From the IMG/VR virus record IMGVR_UViG_2534681624_000015: a DNA stretch of 9,456 nucleotides. One strand, written 5' to 3'. The notes beneath the pieces were generated by a model that had not been told where the DNA came from, searched no databases, and saw only the letters and a list, made by a program, of their open reading frames with translations. Shown here piece after piece: positions 1-7,561 of this stretch. This DNA is from a virus. Taxonomy: Duplodnaviria > Heunggongvirae > Uroviricota > Caudoviricetes. The position numbers and the translations under genes were made by a program. How positions within the stretch are numbered: the first letter of the stretch is position 1; each line of letters begins with the position of its first letter.

Positions 1-525
1 TTATACAGCTTTTTTTACATCGTCTTCTCTTGCCGGGAGGTTGTGTTCCTTATTTTCATACTGAGATAAAATCTCTCTCGCTTTTTCCGGCGGTAATGCT
101 TGAAGTGTCTGTAGGGTTCTTTGTTGTTCTACAGTAACCCCCAATGCTTCTAACGCTTTATCTTTGCTAACAATTGTCGGCATAAGACCTTTAATTCCTG
201 CCACACGAATGATCTCAATAGCCGCAGCTTGCTCATCAGGCGTTAAGAAACTCATTGCATAAACTAGCCGCTCATCAACTGTATGATGGCTTGGTACATG
301 TACTGGAGGGGTATCAGAAAATGATGCTCCCTTAATAGCCCTTTGGGTTTCTTCTGGTAAGCTGTTGATGTGATATTCATAAGCCACACCTTTTCCACCA
401 TGACGTTGACGTTTTACCCAATCTTCTGCCACAGCCTTTCTGGTAATGTTAGTCGCCAACTTTGGCACACCAGGCATCCCCTCCAGCTCTTTCGCATTAA
501 ACCATTCTTTGATTTCAAAAGACAT
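1..525 (-). CDS. c: Mu/D108-family immunity repressor (Repc), 174 aa
   Basis: Complete minus-strand ORF with stop at 1-3 and ATG at 523-525. C-terminus ...DDVKKAV resembles the Mu repressor C-terminal tail. N-terminal ~60 aa are paralogous to the N-terminus of the downstream transposase ([19 protein letters not shown]...WV.RQ...KGV), the known repressor/transposase DNA-binding domain relationship. Divergent from ner-A-B as in Mu. The 174-aa size fits a D108-type repressor (recalled, not searched). Confidence 0.85.
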   Translation of the reverse strand: MSFEIKEWFNAKELEGMPGVPKLATNITRKAVAEDWVKRQRHGGKGVAYEYHINSLPEETQRAIKGASFSDTPPVHVPSHHTVDERLVYAMSFLTPDEQAAAIEIIRVAGIKGLMPTIVSKDKALEALGVTVEQQRTLQTLQALPPEKAREILSQYENKEHNLPAREDDVKKAV

Positions 526-619
526 TGTTTAAAATCCCAATGATTTCATTAAAGTTGAAAAAATCACTTTAAATTTCAAATAATTAATCAAGATGCTGTA
601 AAATCTTTTCAAATCATCA

Positions 620-648
620 TTGATTCCAAAAAGATTTCACTGTACATT
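620..648 (+). promoter_or_regulatory. Candidate early promoter Pe (-35 TTGATT 620-625, 17-bp spacer, -10 TACATT 643-648)
   Basis: Sigma70-like hexamers with 17-bp spacing reading toward ner; the predicted start (~655) sits just before the Ner operator palindrome. Pattern match by eye only. Confidence 0.4.
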
Positions 649-658
649 GCTCGATATG

Positions 659-688
659 CCGTGAGCTACTTTGCAGAGTAGCTCACGG
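659..688. promoter_or_regulatory. Ner operator: perfect inverted repeat CCGTGAGCTAC(T)-spacer-(A)GTAGCTCACGG
   Basis: Directly seen: 11-bp arms at 659-669 and 678-688 are exact reverse complements with an 8-bp spacer (12-bp arms with 6-bp spacer if the flanking T/A pair is included). It lies about 25 bp upstream of the ner start. It matches my recollection of the D108 Ner binding site (two 11-bp inverted repeats separated by 8 bp). Confidence 0.6.
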
Positions 689-712
689 GTGAATCTGAAA
701 GGATTACATGAA

Positions 713-934
713 ATGCATATGAATAAAAGAGCTAACCGCCAAGACTGGCATCGGGCTGACATCGTTGCTGAGTTACGAAAACGCAATATGTCACTGGCCG
801 AATTGGGAAGATCGAATCATCTTTCGTCTTCAACATTAAAAAATGCTTTAGATAAGAGATACCCAAAAGCGGAAAAAATCATTGCAGATGCATTGGGAAT
901 GACACCGCAGGATATCTGGCCATCTCGATACTAG
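713..934 (+). CDS. ner: Ner, small DNA-binding negative regulator of early/repressor transcription (73 aa)
   Basis: ORF frame 671..934. I prefer ATG at 713 (RBS AAAGGA at 698-703, 9-nt spacing; second ATG at 719) over the TTG at 671, which lies inside the operator palindrome. Product [33 protein letters not shown]...IWPSRY shows the Ner-family pattern (DWHRAD..., ...IWPSRY C-terminus). Sits immediately upstream of A as in Mu/D108. Confidence 0.85.
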
Positions 935-941
935 GTGCGCT

Positions 942-2930
942 ATGAAAGAGTGGTATACAGCGAAGGAATTGCTTGGTTTTGCTGGTTTGCCAAAGCAAGC
1001 AACTAACATTACACGTAAGGCACAAAGAGAAGGCTGGGTGTTTAGGCAAGTTACAGGTACTAAAGGTGTATCATTTGAATTCAATATCAAATCATTTCCT
1101 GTTGCATTACGTGCTGAAATTTTATTGCAACAAGGAGGTATTGAAACAAGCCAGGGCCGTTTTGAAATCGCCCGCCCCACGCTGGAAGCCCATGATTATG
1201 ATCGTGAGGCACTGTGGAGCAAATGGGATAATGCCAGCGATTCCCAGCGCAGACTTGCTGAAAAATGGTTGCCTGCGGTTCAGGCTGCAGACGAAATGCT
1301 GAACCAGGGGATTTCAACGAAAACGGCATTTGCGACCGTTGCAGGACATTACCAGGTCAGCGCATCCACTTTGCGAGACAAATATTACCAGGTACAGAAG
1401 TTTGCGAAGCCTGACTGGGCGGCTGCGCTTGTTGATGGACGTGGTGCATCCCGTCGCAACGTTCACAAAAGTGAATTTGACGAGGATGCCTGGCAGTTTC
1501 TGATTGCAGATTATCTGCGACCAGAAAAACCCGCCTTCCGCAAATGTTATGAGCGTCTGGAACTGGCAGCCCGCGAGCATGGCTGGAGTATTCCCTCCCG
1601 TGCCACGGCCTTTCGCCGGATTCAGCAACTGGACGAGGCAATGGTTGTTGCCTGCCGTGAAGGTGAACATGCACTGATGCATCTGATACCGGCACAACAG
1701 CGAACTGTGGAACACCTGGACGCCATGCAGTGGATCAACGGCGACGGTTATCTGCATAACGTCTTTGTACGCTGGTTTAACGGTGATGTGATCCGCCCGA
1801 AAACATGGTTCTGGCAGGATGTGAAAACCCGAAAAATTCTGGGCTGGCGCTGCGATGTGAGCGAGAACATTGATTCAATTCGCCTCTCGTTCATGGATGT
1901 TGTGACTCGCTACGGTATCCCGGAGGATTTTCACATCACCATTGATAACACCCGTGGTGCTGCGAATAAATGGCTGACGGGAGGCGCGCCCAATCGCTAC
2001 CGCTTTAAGGTAAAAGAGGACGATCCAAAGGGACTGTTTTTACTGATGGGCGCGAAAATGCACTGGACAAGCGTTGTTGCCGGTAAAGGCTGGGGCCAGG
2101 CAAAACCTGTTGAACGTGCTTTCGGTGTTGGTGGGCTTGAGGAATACGTTGATAAGCATCCGGCACTGGCTGGCGCATATACGGGGCCAAATCCTCAGGC
2201 AAAACCTGATAACTATGGCGACCGCGCTGTTGATGCAGAGCTGTTTCTGAAAACCCTTGCCGAAGGTGTGGCGATGTTCAATGCCAGAACAGGCCGTGAA
2301 ACAGAAATGTGCGGGGGCAAACTCTCGTTTGATGATGTTTTCGAGCGTGAATACGCCAGAACGATTGTGCGTAAGCCAACCGAAGAACAAAAACGGATGC
2401 TGTTACTGCCTGCCGAGGCGGTGAACGTTTCACGCAAAGGCGAGTTTACGCTTAAAGTTGGCGGCTCCCTTAAAGGCGCGAAAAACGTTTATTACAACAT
2501 GGCATTAATGAATGCCGGCGTGAAAAAAGTTGTGGTCAGGTTTGATCCGCAGCAGCTACACAGCACGGTTTATTGTTACACCCTGGACGGTCGGTTTATC
2601 TGTGAAGCGGAATGTCTGGCACCTGTTGCGTTTAATGATGCTGCGGCAGGCCGTGAATATCGCCGCCGCCAGAAACAACTGAAATCTGCGACGAAAGCAG
2701 CGATTAAGGCACAGAAACAAATGGATGCACTGGAAGTGGCAGAGCTGCTGCCGCAGATAGCCGAACCTGAAGCACCAGAATCACGAATTGTCGGCATTTT
2801 CCGGCCTTCCGGTAATACGGAACGGGTGAAGAATCAGGAGCGTGATGATGAATACGAAACTGAGCGTGATGAATATCTGAATCATTCGCTGGATATTCTG
2901 GAACAGAACAGACGTAAAAAAGCCATTTAA
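942..2930 (+). CDS. A: Mu-type DDE transposase MuA (662 aa)
   Basis: Long ORF starting 7 bp after the ner stop. Catalytic DDE triad at D268 (WINGDGY), D335 (HITIDNT) and E391 (KPVERAF), matching Mu D269/D336/E392 with a one-residue offset. C-terminus ...[10 protein letters not shown] is the MuA tail recognised by ClpX. The N-terminal domain is paralogous to the repressor N-terminus. Confidence 0.95.
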
Positions 2931-2968
2931 TTAACGTTTTAACAAAATTTAATTACGAGGTTATTCAG

Positions 2969-3907
2969 ATGAATATTTCCGATATTCGCGCAGGACTGCG
3001 CACGCTTGTAGAAAATGAAGAAACCACCTTTAAACAAATTGCTCTTGAGAGCGGACTTTCTACCGGAACTATCAGTAGTTTTATCAATGATAAGTACAAC
3101 GGGGATAACGAGCGTGTTTCACAAATGCTGCAACGCTGGCTGGAAAAATATCATGCAGTTGCAGAACTACCTGAACCGCCCCGCTTTGTGGAAACGCAGA
3201 CGGTAAAACAAATCTGGACAAGTATGCGTTTTGCCAGCCTGACTGAAAGTATTGCTGTTGTATGTGGCAATCCTGGTGTGGGCAAAACCGAAGCGGCCCG
3301 TGAATATCGCCGCACCAATAACAATGTCTGGATGATCACCATTACGCCATCCTGTGCCAGCGTTCTGGAATGCCTGACTGAACTGGCGTTTGAGCTGGGA
3401 ATGAATGACGCACCACGCCGTAAAGGGCCACTCTCCCGTGCCCTGCGACGTCGCCTTGAAGGTACACAGGGGCTGGTTATCATCGACGAAGCTGATCATC
3501 TTGGTGCCGAAGTTCTGGAAGAACTCCGCCTGTTACAGGAATCAACCCGCACTGGCCTTGTGCTGATGGGAAATCACCGGGTTTATTCAAATATGACGGG
3601 AGGTAACAGAACGGTTGAATTTGCCCGTCTGTTTTCCCGTATTGCAAAGCGTACTGCAATTAATAAAACCAAAAAAGCCGATGTAAAAGCTATTGCGGAT
3701 GCCTGGCAGATTAACGGCGAAAAAGAACTGGAGTTATTACAGCAGATTGCGCAGAAACCAGGTGCGCTTCGCATTCTGAATCATTCACTTCGCCTTGCCG
3801 CCATGACGGCTCACGGTAAAGGTGAGCGTGTTAACGAAGATTATCTGCGTCAGGCTTTCCGTGAATTAGACCTGGACGTTGATATTTCAACGCTGCTGCG
3901 TAATTAA
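2969..3907 (+). CDS. B: MuB, AAA+ ATPase target-DNA activator of transposition (312 aa)
   Basis: 312-aa ORF directly after A with RBS ACGAGG 8 nt upstream. Walker A GNPGVGKT and Walker B LVIIDEADHL are present. Length and position match Mu B. Confidence 0.95.
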   Translation: MNISDIRAGLRTLVENEETTFKQIALESGLSTGTISSFINDKYNGDNERVSQMLQRWLEKYHAVAELPEPPRFVETQTVKQIWTSMRFASLTESIAVVCGNPGVGKTEAAREYRRTNNNVWMITITPSCASVLECLTELAFELGMNDAPRRKGPLSRALRRRLEGTQGLVIIDEADHLGAEVLEELRLLQESTRTGLVLMGNHRVYSNMTGGNRTVEFARLFSRIAKRTAINKTKKADVKAIADAWQINGEKELELLQQIAQKPGALRILNHSLRLAAMTAHGKGERVNEDYLRQAFRELDLDVDISTLLRN

Positions 3908-3922
3908 GAAGGAGAAGAAATT

Positions 3923-4150
3923 ATGATGGCCCGAAATATAAAAATGGCAACGGATGCGCAGAACTGGTTACAGGCGCGCGGGAGTCATGTAAATGAATCA
4001 TATCTCGGCGTGGCGCGTCCGATTCTTGAAATCACTTACCCACCGGTGGAACTGGTAAAAAACGCGGTCAGAATTATGGAGCATAAGTCCGGGGTGGCCC
4101 GTTCTGTATGGACGGCCCGTCTTAATGGTTGTCAGATAATCTGGAGGTAG
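3923..4150 (+). CDS. kil: Small early protein, kil-like by position and size (75 aa; 74 aa if second ATG)
   Basis: ORF immediately after B with strong RBS AAGGAG and ATGATG start. Mu kil is a ~74-aa gene in this exact position (established). Assignment is positional; sequence identity was not verified. Confidence 0.6.
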
Positions 4151-4157
4151 CATTTTA

Positions 4158-4328
4158 ATGATGGTGATAAACATTCACGATAATCTGGGAATCAGTAAGT
4201 TAATCAACCTTGATAATGTCAGTGTAATGGAAACGACTGTTGAGGGTGGTGTTGCTTTTGAATTTATGAAGTATGGGACTCCTTTGCATGTTGTCCGTGG
4301 TGCAGCGTGGTTTTCTTTAAGCAGGTAA
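4158..4328 (+). CDS. Hypothetical small protein (56 aa), not in the supplied ORF track
   Basis: ATGATG start at 4158 preceded by GGAGG (4144-4148) at 9-nt spacing, 7 nt after the kil-like stop; open to TAA at 4326-4328. Translation MMVINIHDNLGISKLINLDNVSVMETTVEGGVAFEFMKYGTPLHVVRGAAWFSLSR. Fills an otherwise uncoded 230-bp gap in a tightly packed operon. Confidence 0.45.
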   Translation: MMVINIHDNLGISKLINLDNVSVMETTVEGGVAFEFMKYGTPLHVVRGAAWFSLSR

Positions 4329-4383
4329 AAGGCGCAAAGGTAAAAGCCAGCGCAGTTATTCAGAATCAATAAGGAGAAACAAA

Positions 4384-4647
4384 ATGGCAAAGGTAATTAT
4401 TGAAATTAAAAATACAGTATCTGGAACTAAAGGACGGCATTTGCGCACCAGTATTGCGGTAGGTGGTAGTGTGGAAATGGAAGGGGATGAGGCTACACTT
4501 GCAGGTCTGGTGGCGTTATTGGTGCTTAACAAAAGCCAGAAAATAATTAATGAGTCAGCTCATGAAGCCATTGAGATTTTGAAAAACGATGGTGTCATCA
4601 CAGGTGGCAGTGTCACTGAAATGGCTGTTGAAAAAACATGTCACTAA
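4384..4647 (+). CDS. Hypothetical early protein (87 aa)
   Basis: Strong RBS AAGGAG 8 nt upstream of ATG; same strand and tight packing as the early operon. No motif recognised. Confidence 0.7.
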   Translation: MAKVIIEIKNTVSGTKGRHLRTSIAVGGSVEMEGDEATLAGLVALLVLNKSQKIINESAHEAIEILKNDGVITGGSVTEMAVEKTCH

Positions 4648-4661
4648 AAGGAACGCTGACA

Positions 4662-5081
4662 ATGAATGTCAAAATCCGAAATGAAATTCAGGCATTAATC
4701 CGAATTCAGAAACGCAATAACAACGGCGGTGAATTACGCGAGTTTATTTGCGCCCGGAAAGTTGATGATTGTGGTGAAAAGACTTACCTGATTACTTTCG
4801 ACCATTACAGCATCTGTGCGCGTTATTGCGGCGAAAGCATATCCCGTGCCATTGCATCTGGCGGTGCGTTCAACGTGGATTTATGGGAGTACGTCATGGA
4901 CCGGGAATACATCTGCGCATCAGACCAGAAAGTCCGTGAAATGTGGCAGCGTATCTGGCGCGATTACCGGTTAATGGCAAAAGGCTGGGCGCGCTGCTGT
5001 TATTCCTCGCTTGCCCTGAAAGCGGTTCAGTTATCGCTGCGGCATATTCCGGCATCACTGCGCGAGCCTCTGCTGTACTGA
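4662..5081 (+). CDS. Hypothetical early protein with Cys pairs (139 aa from ATG 4662; alternative start 4638)
   Basis: ORF frame 4638..5081. ATG at 4662 has RBS AAAGGA at 9-nt spacing; the upstream ATG at 4638 has no obvious RBS. Contains C-x6-C (CARKVDDC) and C-x3-C (CARYC) 16 residues apart, a possible small metal-binding site. Confidence 0.65.
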   Translation: MNVKIRNEIQALIRIQKRNNNGGELREFICARKVDDCGEKTYLITFDHYSICARYCGESISRAIASGGAFNVDLWEYVMDREYICASDQKVREMWQRIWRDYRLMAKGWARCCYSSLALKAVQLSLRHIPASLREPLLY

Positions 5082-5381
5082 ATGGTGACTGACATGAAGT
5101 GTAATCGTAAGCGCTGGTCACGCGAAGACCGGGAATTTATCGAAGCCAACGTCGGGAAAATGACCATTGAAGAAATGGCGGAAAAACTGAAAGTCGCCAC
5201 AACCGCCCTCCGGGCACATGCCAGAAGGCACGGAATATCATTGTGTGTATACCGAATCAGTGAACACGACAAATATTTGTGTCGTGAACTTTATAAAGAA
5301 GGGCTGGATATTCATGTCATTGCCCGAAAGATGGAATTAAGCAATCGGGCTGTATCCAGCATTGTATACAGCGGATATTAA
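5082..5381 (+). CDS. Hypothetical early protein with two HTH-like segments (99 aa)
   Basis: Starts directly after the previous stop (TGAATG). Segments KRWSREDREFIEANVGKMTIEEMAEKLKVATTALRAHARRHGIS and LYKEGLDIHVIARKMELSNRAVSSIV look like helix-turn-helix DNA-binding units (pattern recognition only). Confidence 0.65.
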   Translation: MVTDMKCNRKRWSREDREFIEANVGKMTIEEMAEKLKVATTALRAHARRHGISLCVYRISEHDKYLCRELYKEGLDIHVIARKMELSNRAVSSIVYSGY

Positions 5382-5400
5382 TTAACAGGAGCTTTAATTT

Positions 5401-5925
5401 ATGGCTAAACCAGCAAAACGCATCAAAAGTGCCGCAGCGGCTTATGTGCCACAAAACCGCGATGCGGTGATTACCGATATTAAACGCATCGGGGATTTAC
5501 AGCGCGAAGCATCACGTCTGGAAACGGAAATGAATGATGCCATCGCGGAAATTACGGAGAAATTTGCGGCCCGGATTACACCGATTAAAACCGATATTGA
5601 AACCCTTTCAAAAGGCGTTCAGGGATGGTGTGAAGCGAACCGCGACGAACTGACGAACGGCGGCAAAGTGAAGACGGCGAATCTTGTCACCGGTGATGTA
5701 TCGTGGCGGGTCCGTCCACCATCAGTAAGTATTCGTGGTATGGATGCAGTGATGGAAACGCTGGAGCGTCTTGGCCTGCAACGCTTTATTCGCACGAAGC
5801 AGGAAATCAACAAGGAAGCGATTTTACTGGAACCGAAAGCGGTCGCAGGCGTTGCCGGAATTACAGTTAAATCGGGAATTGAAGATTTTTCCATTATTCC
5901 GTTTGAACAGGAAGCCGGTATTTAA
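5401..5925 (+). CDS. gam: Gam, host-nuclease inhibitor / DNA-end-binding protein (Ku-like), 174 aa
   Basis: 174-aa ORF with RBS AGGAG at 9-nt spacing. Sequence MAKPAKRIKSAAAAYVPQNRDAVITDIKRIGDLQREASRLE... matches my memory of Mu Gam, and the length is the same as Mu Gam. Confidence 0.9.
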   Translation: MAKPAKRIKSAAAAYVPQNRDAVITDIKRIGDLQREASRLETEMNDAIAEITEKFAARITPIKTDIETLSKGVQGWCEANRDELTNGGKVKTANLVTGDVSWRVRPPSVSIRGMDAVMETLERLGLQRFIRTKQEINKEAILLEPKAVAGVAGITVKSGIEDFSIIPFEQEAGI

Positions 5926-6023
5926 TACCACCATTAATATTTAATTAATTCACATTCTTTTAATTATGGCGCGATGCGTCAGGGGATTGCTCGCGCCTGA
6001 AACAGATTACTGAGGAATAAAAC

Positions 6024-6563
6024 ATGGTTGATGCAAAAATTCTGAATGGTGTCAGCATATTATTACGGGCTTACGGGCGCCTGACCTGCGGAGTTCTGGC
6101 TGAAAAAATGAATATGCTGCCCTCGTCAATGGTGTATTTCCTGCGTGATGCGGTTGATGCCGGAGTGCTCACCGAATGCAACGGATTTTATGACGTACCG
6201 CGTCCCCGTACAGAGCCGCCTGTAAGACGAAACGCAACTGAGCAGCCTGCTGTTGATGATGCGGTGTGGTGCAACTGGCGTCGCTCATTACCCTGGGTGG
6301 AAGGTAATACCATCCCTGCGCTGGCAAAAGAGTTTGCGACAGGCGTACTGACCTGTGAGTCAGTTCACATCGTTGCAGAAGTGGATGACGAGATGTGCAA
6401 ACAGGGAATGCCCCGTTTTGTGATGGCTTATATCGATATCTGGCTGGGGCGGTTTATTTGCAGTTCAGGCGCCTGGAATATCACCGACCATGTACTGCGT
6501 TATCTCATCATTGATTTTTCATCAGCACCGGGTGTGGTGCAGGAGGCTGGTTGTGAAATTTGA
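6024..6563 (+). CDS. Hypothetical early protein, N-terminal winged-helix-like segment (179 aa)
   Basis: RBS GAGGA 7 nt upstream of ATG. N-terminal LLRAYGRLTCGVLAEKMNMLPSSMVYFLRDAVDAGVLT resembles a wHTH recognition unit. Its stop overlaps the start of the next gene. Confidence 0.7.
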   Translation: MVDAKILNGVSILLRAYGRLTCGVLAEKMNMLPSSMVYFLRDAVDAGVLTECNGFYDVPRPRTEPPVRRNATEQPAVDDAVWCNWRRSLPWVEGNTIPALAKEFATGVLTCESVHIVAEVDDEMCKQGMPRFVMAYIDIWLGRFICSSGAWNITDHVLRYLIIDFSSAPGVVQEAGCEI

Positions 6564-7248
6564 AGACTGGGGTATTGATAAAAGTTGTGGCCGGGACGTC
6601 CTGGTGTACAAAAACTGTAGCGTGATTGAAGGAGAAGATGCCTGGCAGGTTCTGGATATACTTCGTTCTGCTTTATGCAGAGCTGGCTATGTTACGCCAG
6701 CGTCAGTTAATGGCGGAACTGCCACTACCTGTATCAGAAAGCAACTTTATAGTTTTTATACAGCCTACAACCAATGGTTAAAGAATGGGGCAATGGAGAC
6801 GGGCGATGATGTATTTATCCGGGCTGCCGGATTATGTGCCAATGCTTACGATTATTTTGAATCAACCGGTGCAGACAGTGAAGCCGCATTAGAACAATTA
6901 CATGCGGACTTTATCTCAGCAGGGCTGAATGCGATATTGCCATTTAACCGGGAGAGCGAACATTACATAAACGAAAGCAAATTAGCCAGATGCCACCTTA
7001 ATTCAGCACGTGTGGCATGGGTTGAAAAACACTGTATTAGTTCTGATTCAGAAATAACGGGGAAAAAGACAGTCGGTGAAACATCGTATTCGTGGCCGGG
7101 GACATTTACCACGGTGAAACAGGAATGCCCGACCTGCGGGAATGAATCCCCTGAATATCTGAAAGAGTGCCCTCATTGTGGCGGGCAGAAATGCAACCAC
7201 TGCGATATGGGCGATGACACGGCGTGCATGAATTGTGAAGGTGAGTGA
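6553..7248 (+). CDS. Hypothetical early protein with C-terminal 8-Cys double zinc-ribbon-like motif (231 aa from GTG 6553)
   Basis: ORF frame 6490..7248. I prefer GTG at 6553 because a canonical AGGAGG (6541-6546) sits 6 nt upstream and it overlaps the upstream stop by 11 nt (translational coupling); the ATG at 6490 has no RBS and would overlap 74 nt. C-terminus CPTCG-x11-CPHCG-x4-CNHC-x7-CMNC. Confidence 0.7.
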   Translation: MKFEDWGIDKSCGRDVLVYKNCSVIEGEDAWQVLDILRSALCRAGYVTPASVNGGTATTCIRKQLYSFYTAYNQWLKNGAMETGDDVFIRAAGLCANAYDYFESTGADSEAALEQLHADFISAGLNAILPFNRESEHYINESKLARCHLNSARVAWVEKHCISSDSEITGKKTVGETSYSWPGTFTTVKQECPTCGNESPEYLKECPHCGGQKCNHCDMGDDTACMNCEGE

Positions 7249-7249
7249 T

Positions 7250-7561
7250 ATGAATAATGGTGTATTTTCAAAATCAGAAGAGCTTGCCGCCCTGCTGATT
7301 GCCGGTGGTTTGCCGAAAAAAGAAGTGCATGACTTTGTGAGTTTTGTATATGAGTCGTCTCATGAAAAAGCTATTGATGAAGTCATGGCGTACCGGTTTG
7401 GCATTATTGCTGAGTCACTGAGTCCTCACTGGATTATTGAAAATCTCCGCACTATTGCTGATGGTAACAATAAAGTGGCGGCTGTCGCCGCCCTTGATGC
7501 GCTGCAACGTATGAACAGGGAACTATTCAATCCCGAGTTTCTTTTTAAGAAACGAGGTTAA
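7250..7561 (+). CDS. Hypothetical early protein (103 aa from ATG 7250; GTG 7235 alternative)
   Basis: ATG at 7250 follows the upstream stop (TGAtATG) with GGTGA 6 nt upstream. No motif recognised. Its 3' end overlaps the 3' end of a convergent minus-strand ORF by 39 bp. Confidence 0.65.
   Translation: MNNGVFSKSEELAALLIAGGLPKKEVHDFVSFVYESSHEKAIDEVMAYRFGIIAESLSPHWIIENLRTIADGNNKVAAVAALDALQRMNRELFNPEFLFKKRG

Larger units (their letters stand above)
526..712. promoter_or_regulatory. Divergent early control region between c and ner (operators, early promoter Pe / repressor promoter Pc, transpositional enhancer region in Mu)
   Basis: 187-bp AT-rich non-coding gap between divergent c and ner. Contains nested palindromes: AAATCTTTT (601-609) / AAAAGATTT (629-637) enclosing AATCA-TCAT-TGATT (612-625), and TTGAAA (555-560)-N13-TTTCAA (574-579). 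GATTTCA is repeated at 542-548 and 633-639. In Mu this region carries operators O1-O3 and the transposition enhancer (established); exact site assignments here are inference. Confidence 0.6.

Noticed and set aside
848-2797. Multiple ORFs inside the transposase gene: minus 848..1180, 1087..1329, 1314..1757, 1357..1695, 2005..2202, 2040..2390, 2213..2437, 2576..2797; plus 973..1302 in another frame
   Set aside because: All lie within or antisense to the strongly supported A gene (DDE triad, full length, known C-terminus). They are shadow ORFs with no RBS context.
3015-3774. ORFs overlapping B (3015..3206 +, 3151..3483 -, 3167..3499 -, 3583..3774 -)
   Set aside because: Contained within the B coding region, which has Walker A/B motifs and the right length. 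Frame-shadow ORFs.
4175-4390. Minus-strand 71-aa ORF between kil and the 87-aa ORF
   Set aside because: It overlaps the + strand 56-aa ORF, which has a strong RBS, and the RBS of the next + gene. The translation is low-complexity and hydrophobic. The + strand interpretation fits the operon better.
4894-5272. Minus-strand ORFs 4894..5121 and 5027..5272
   Set aside because: Antisense to two well-supported + strand early ORFs; no RBS evidence.
5619-5894. Minus-strand 91-aa ORF inside gam
   Set aside because: Antisense shadow of gam; Ser/Arg-rich low-complexity translation.
6490-6552. ATG 6490 as start of the zinc-ribbon ORF (252-aa version)
   Set aside because: No RBS, and it would overlap 74 nt of the upstream gene. 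GTG 6553 has a canonical AGGAGG at 6-nt spacing. The upstream start cannot be excluded without experimental data.
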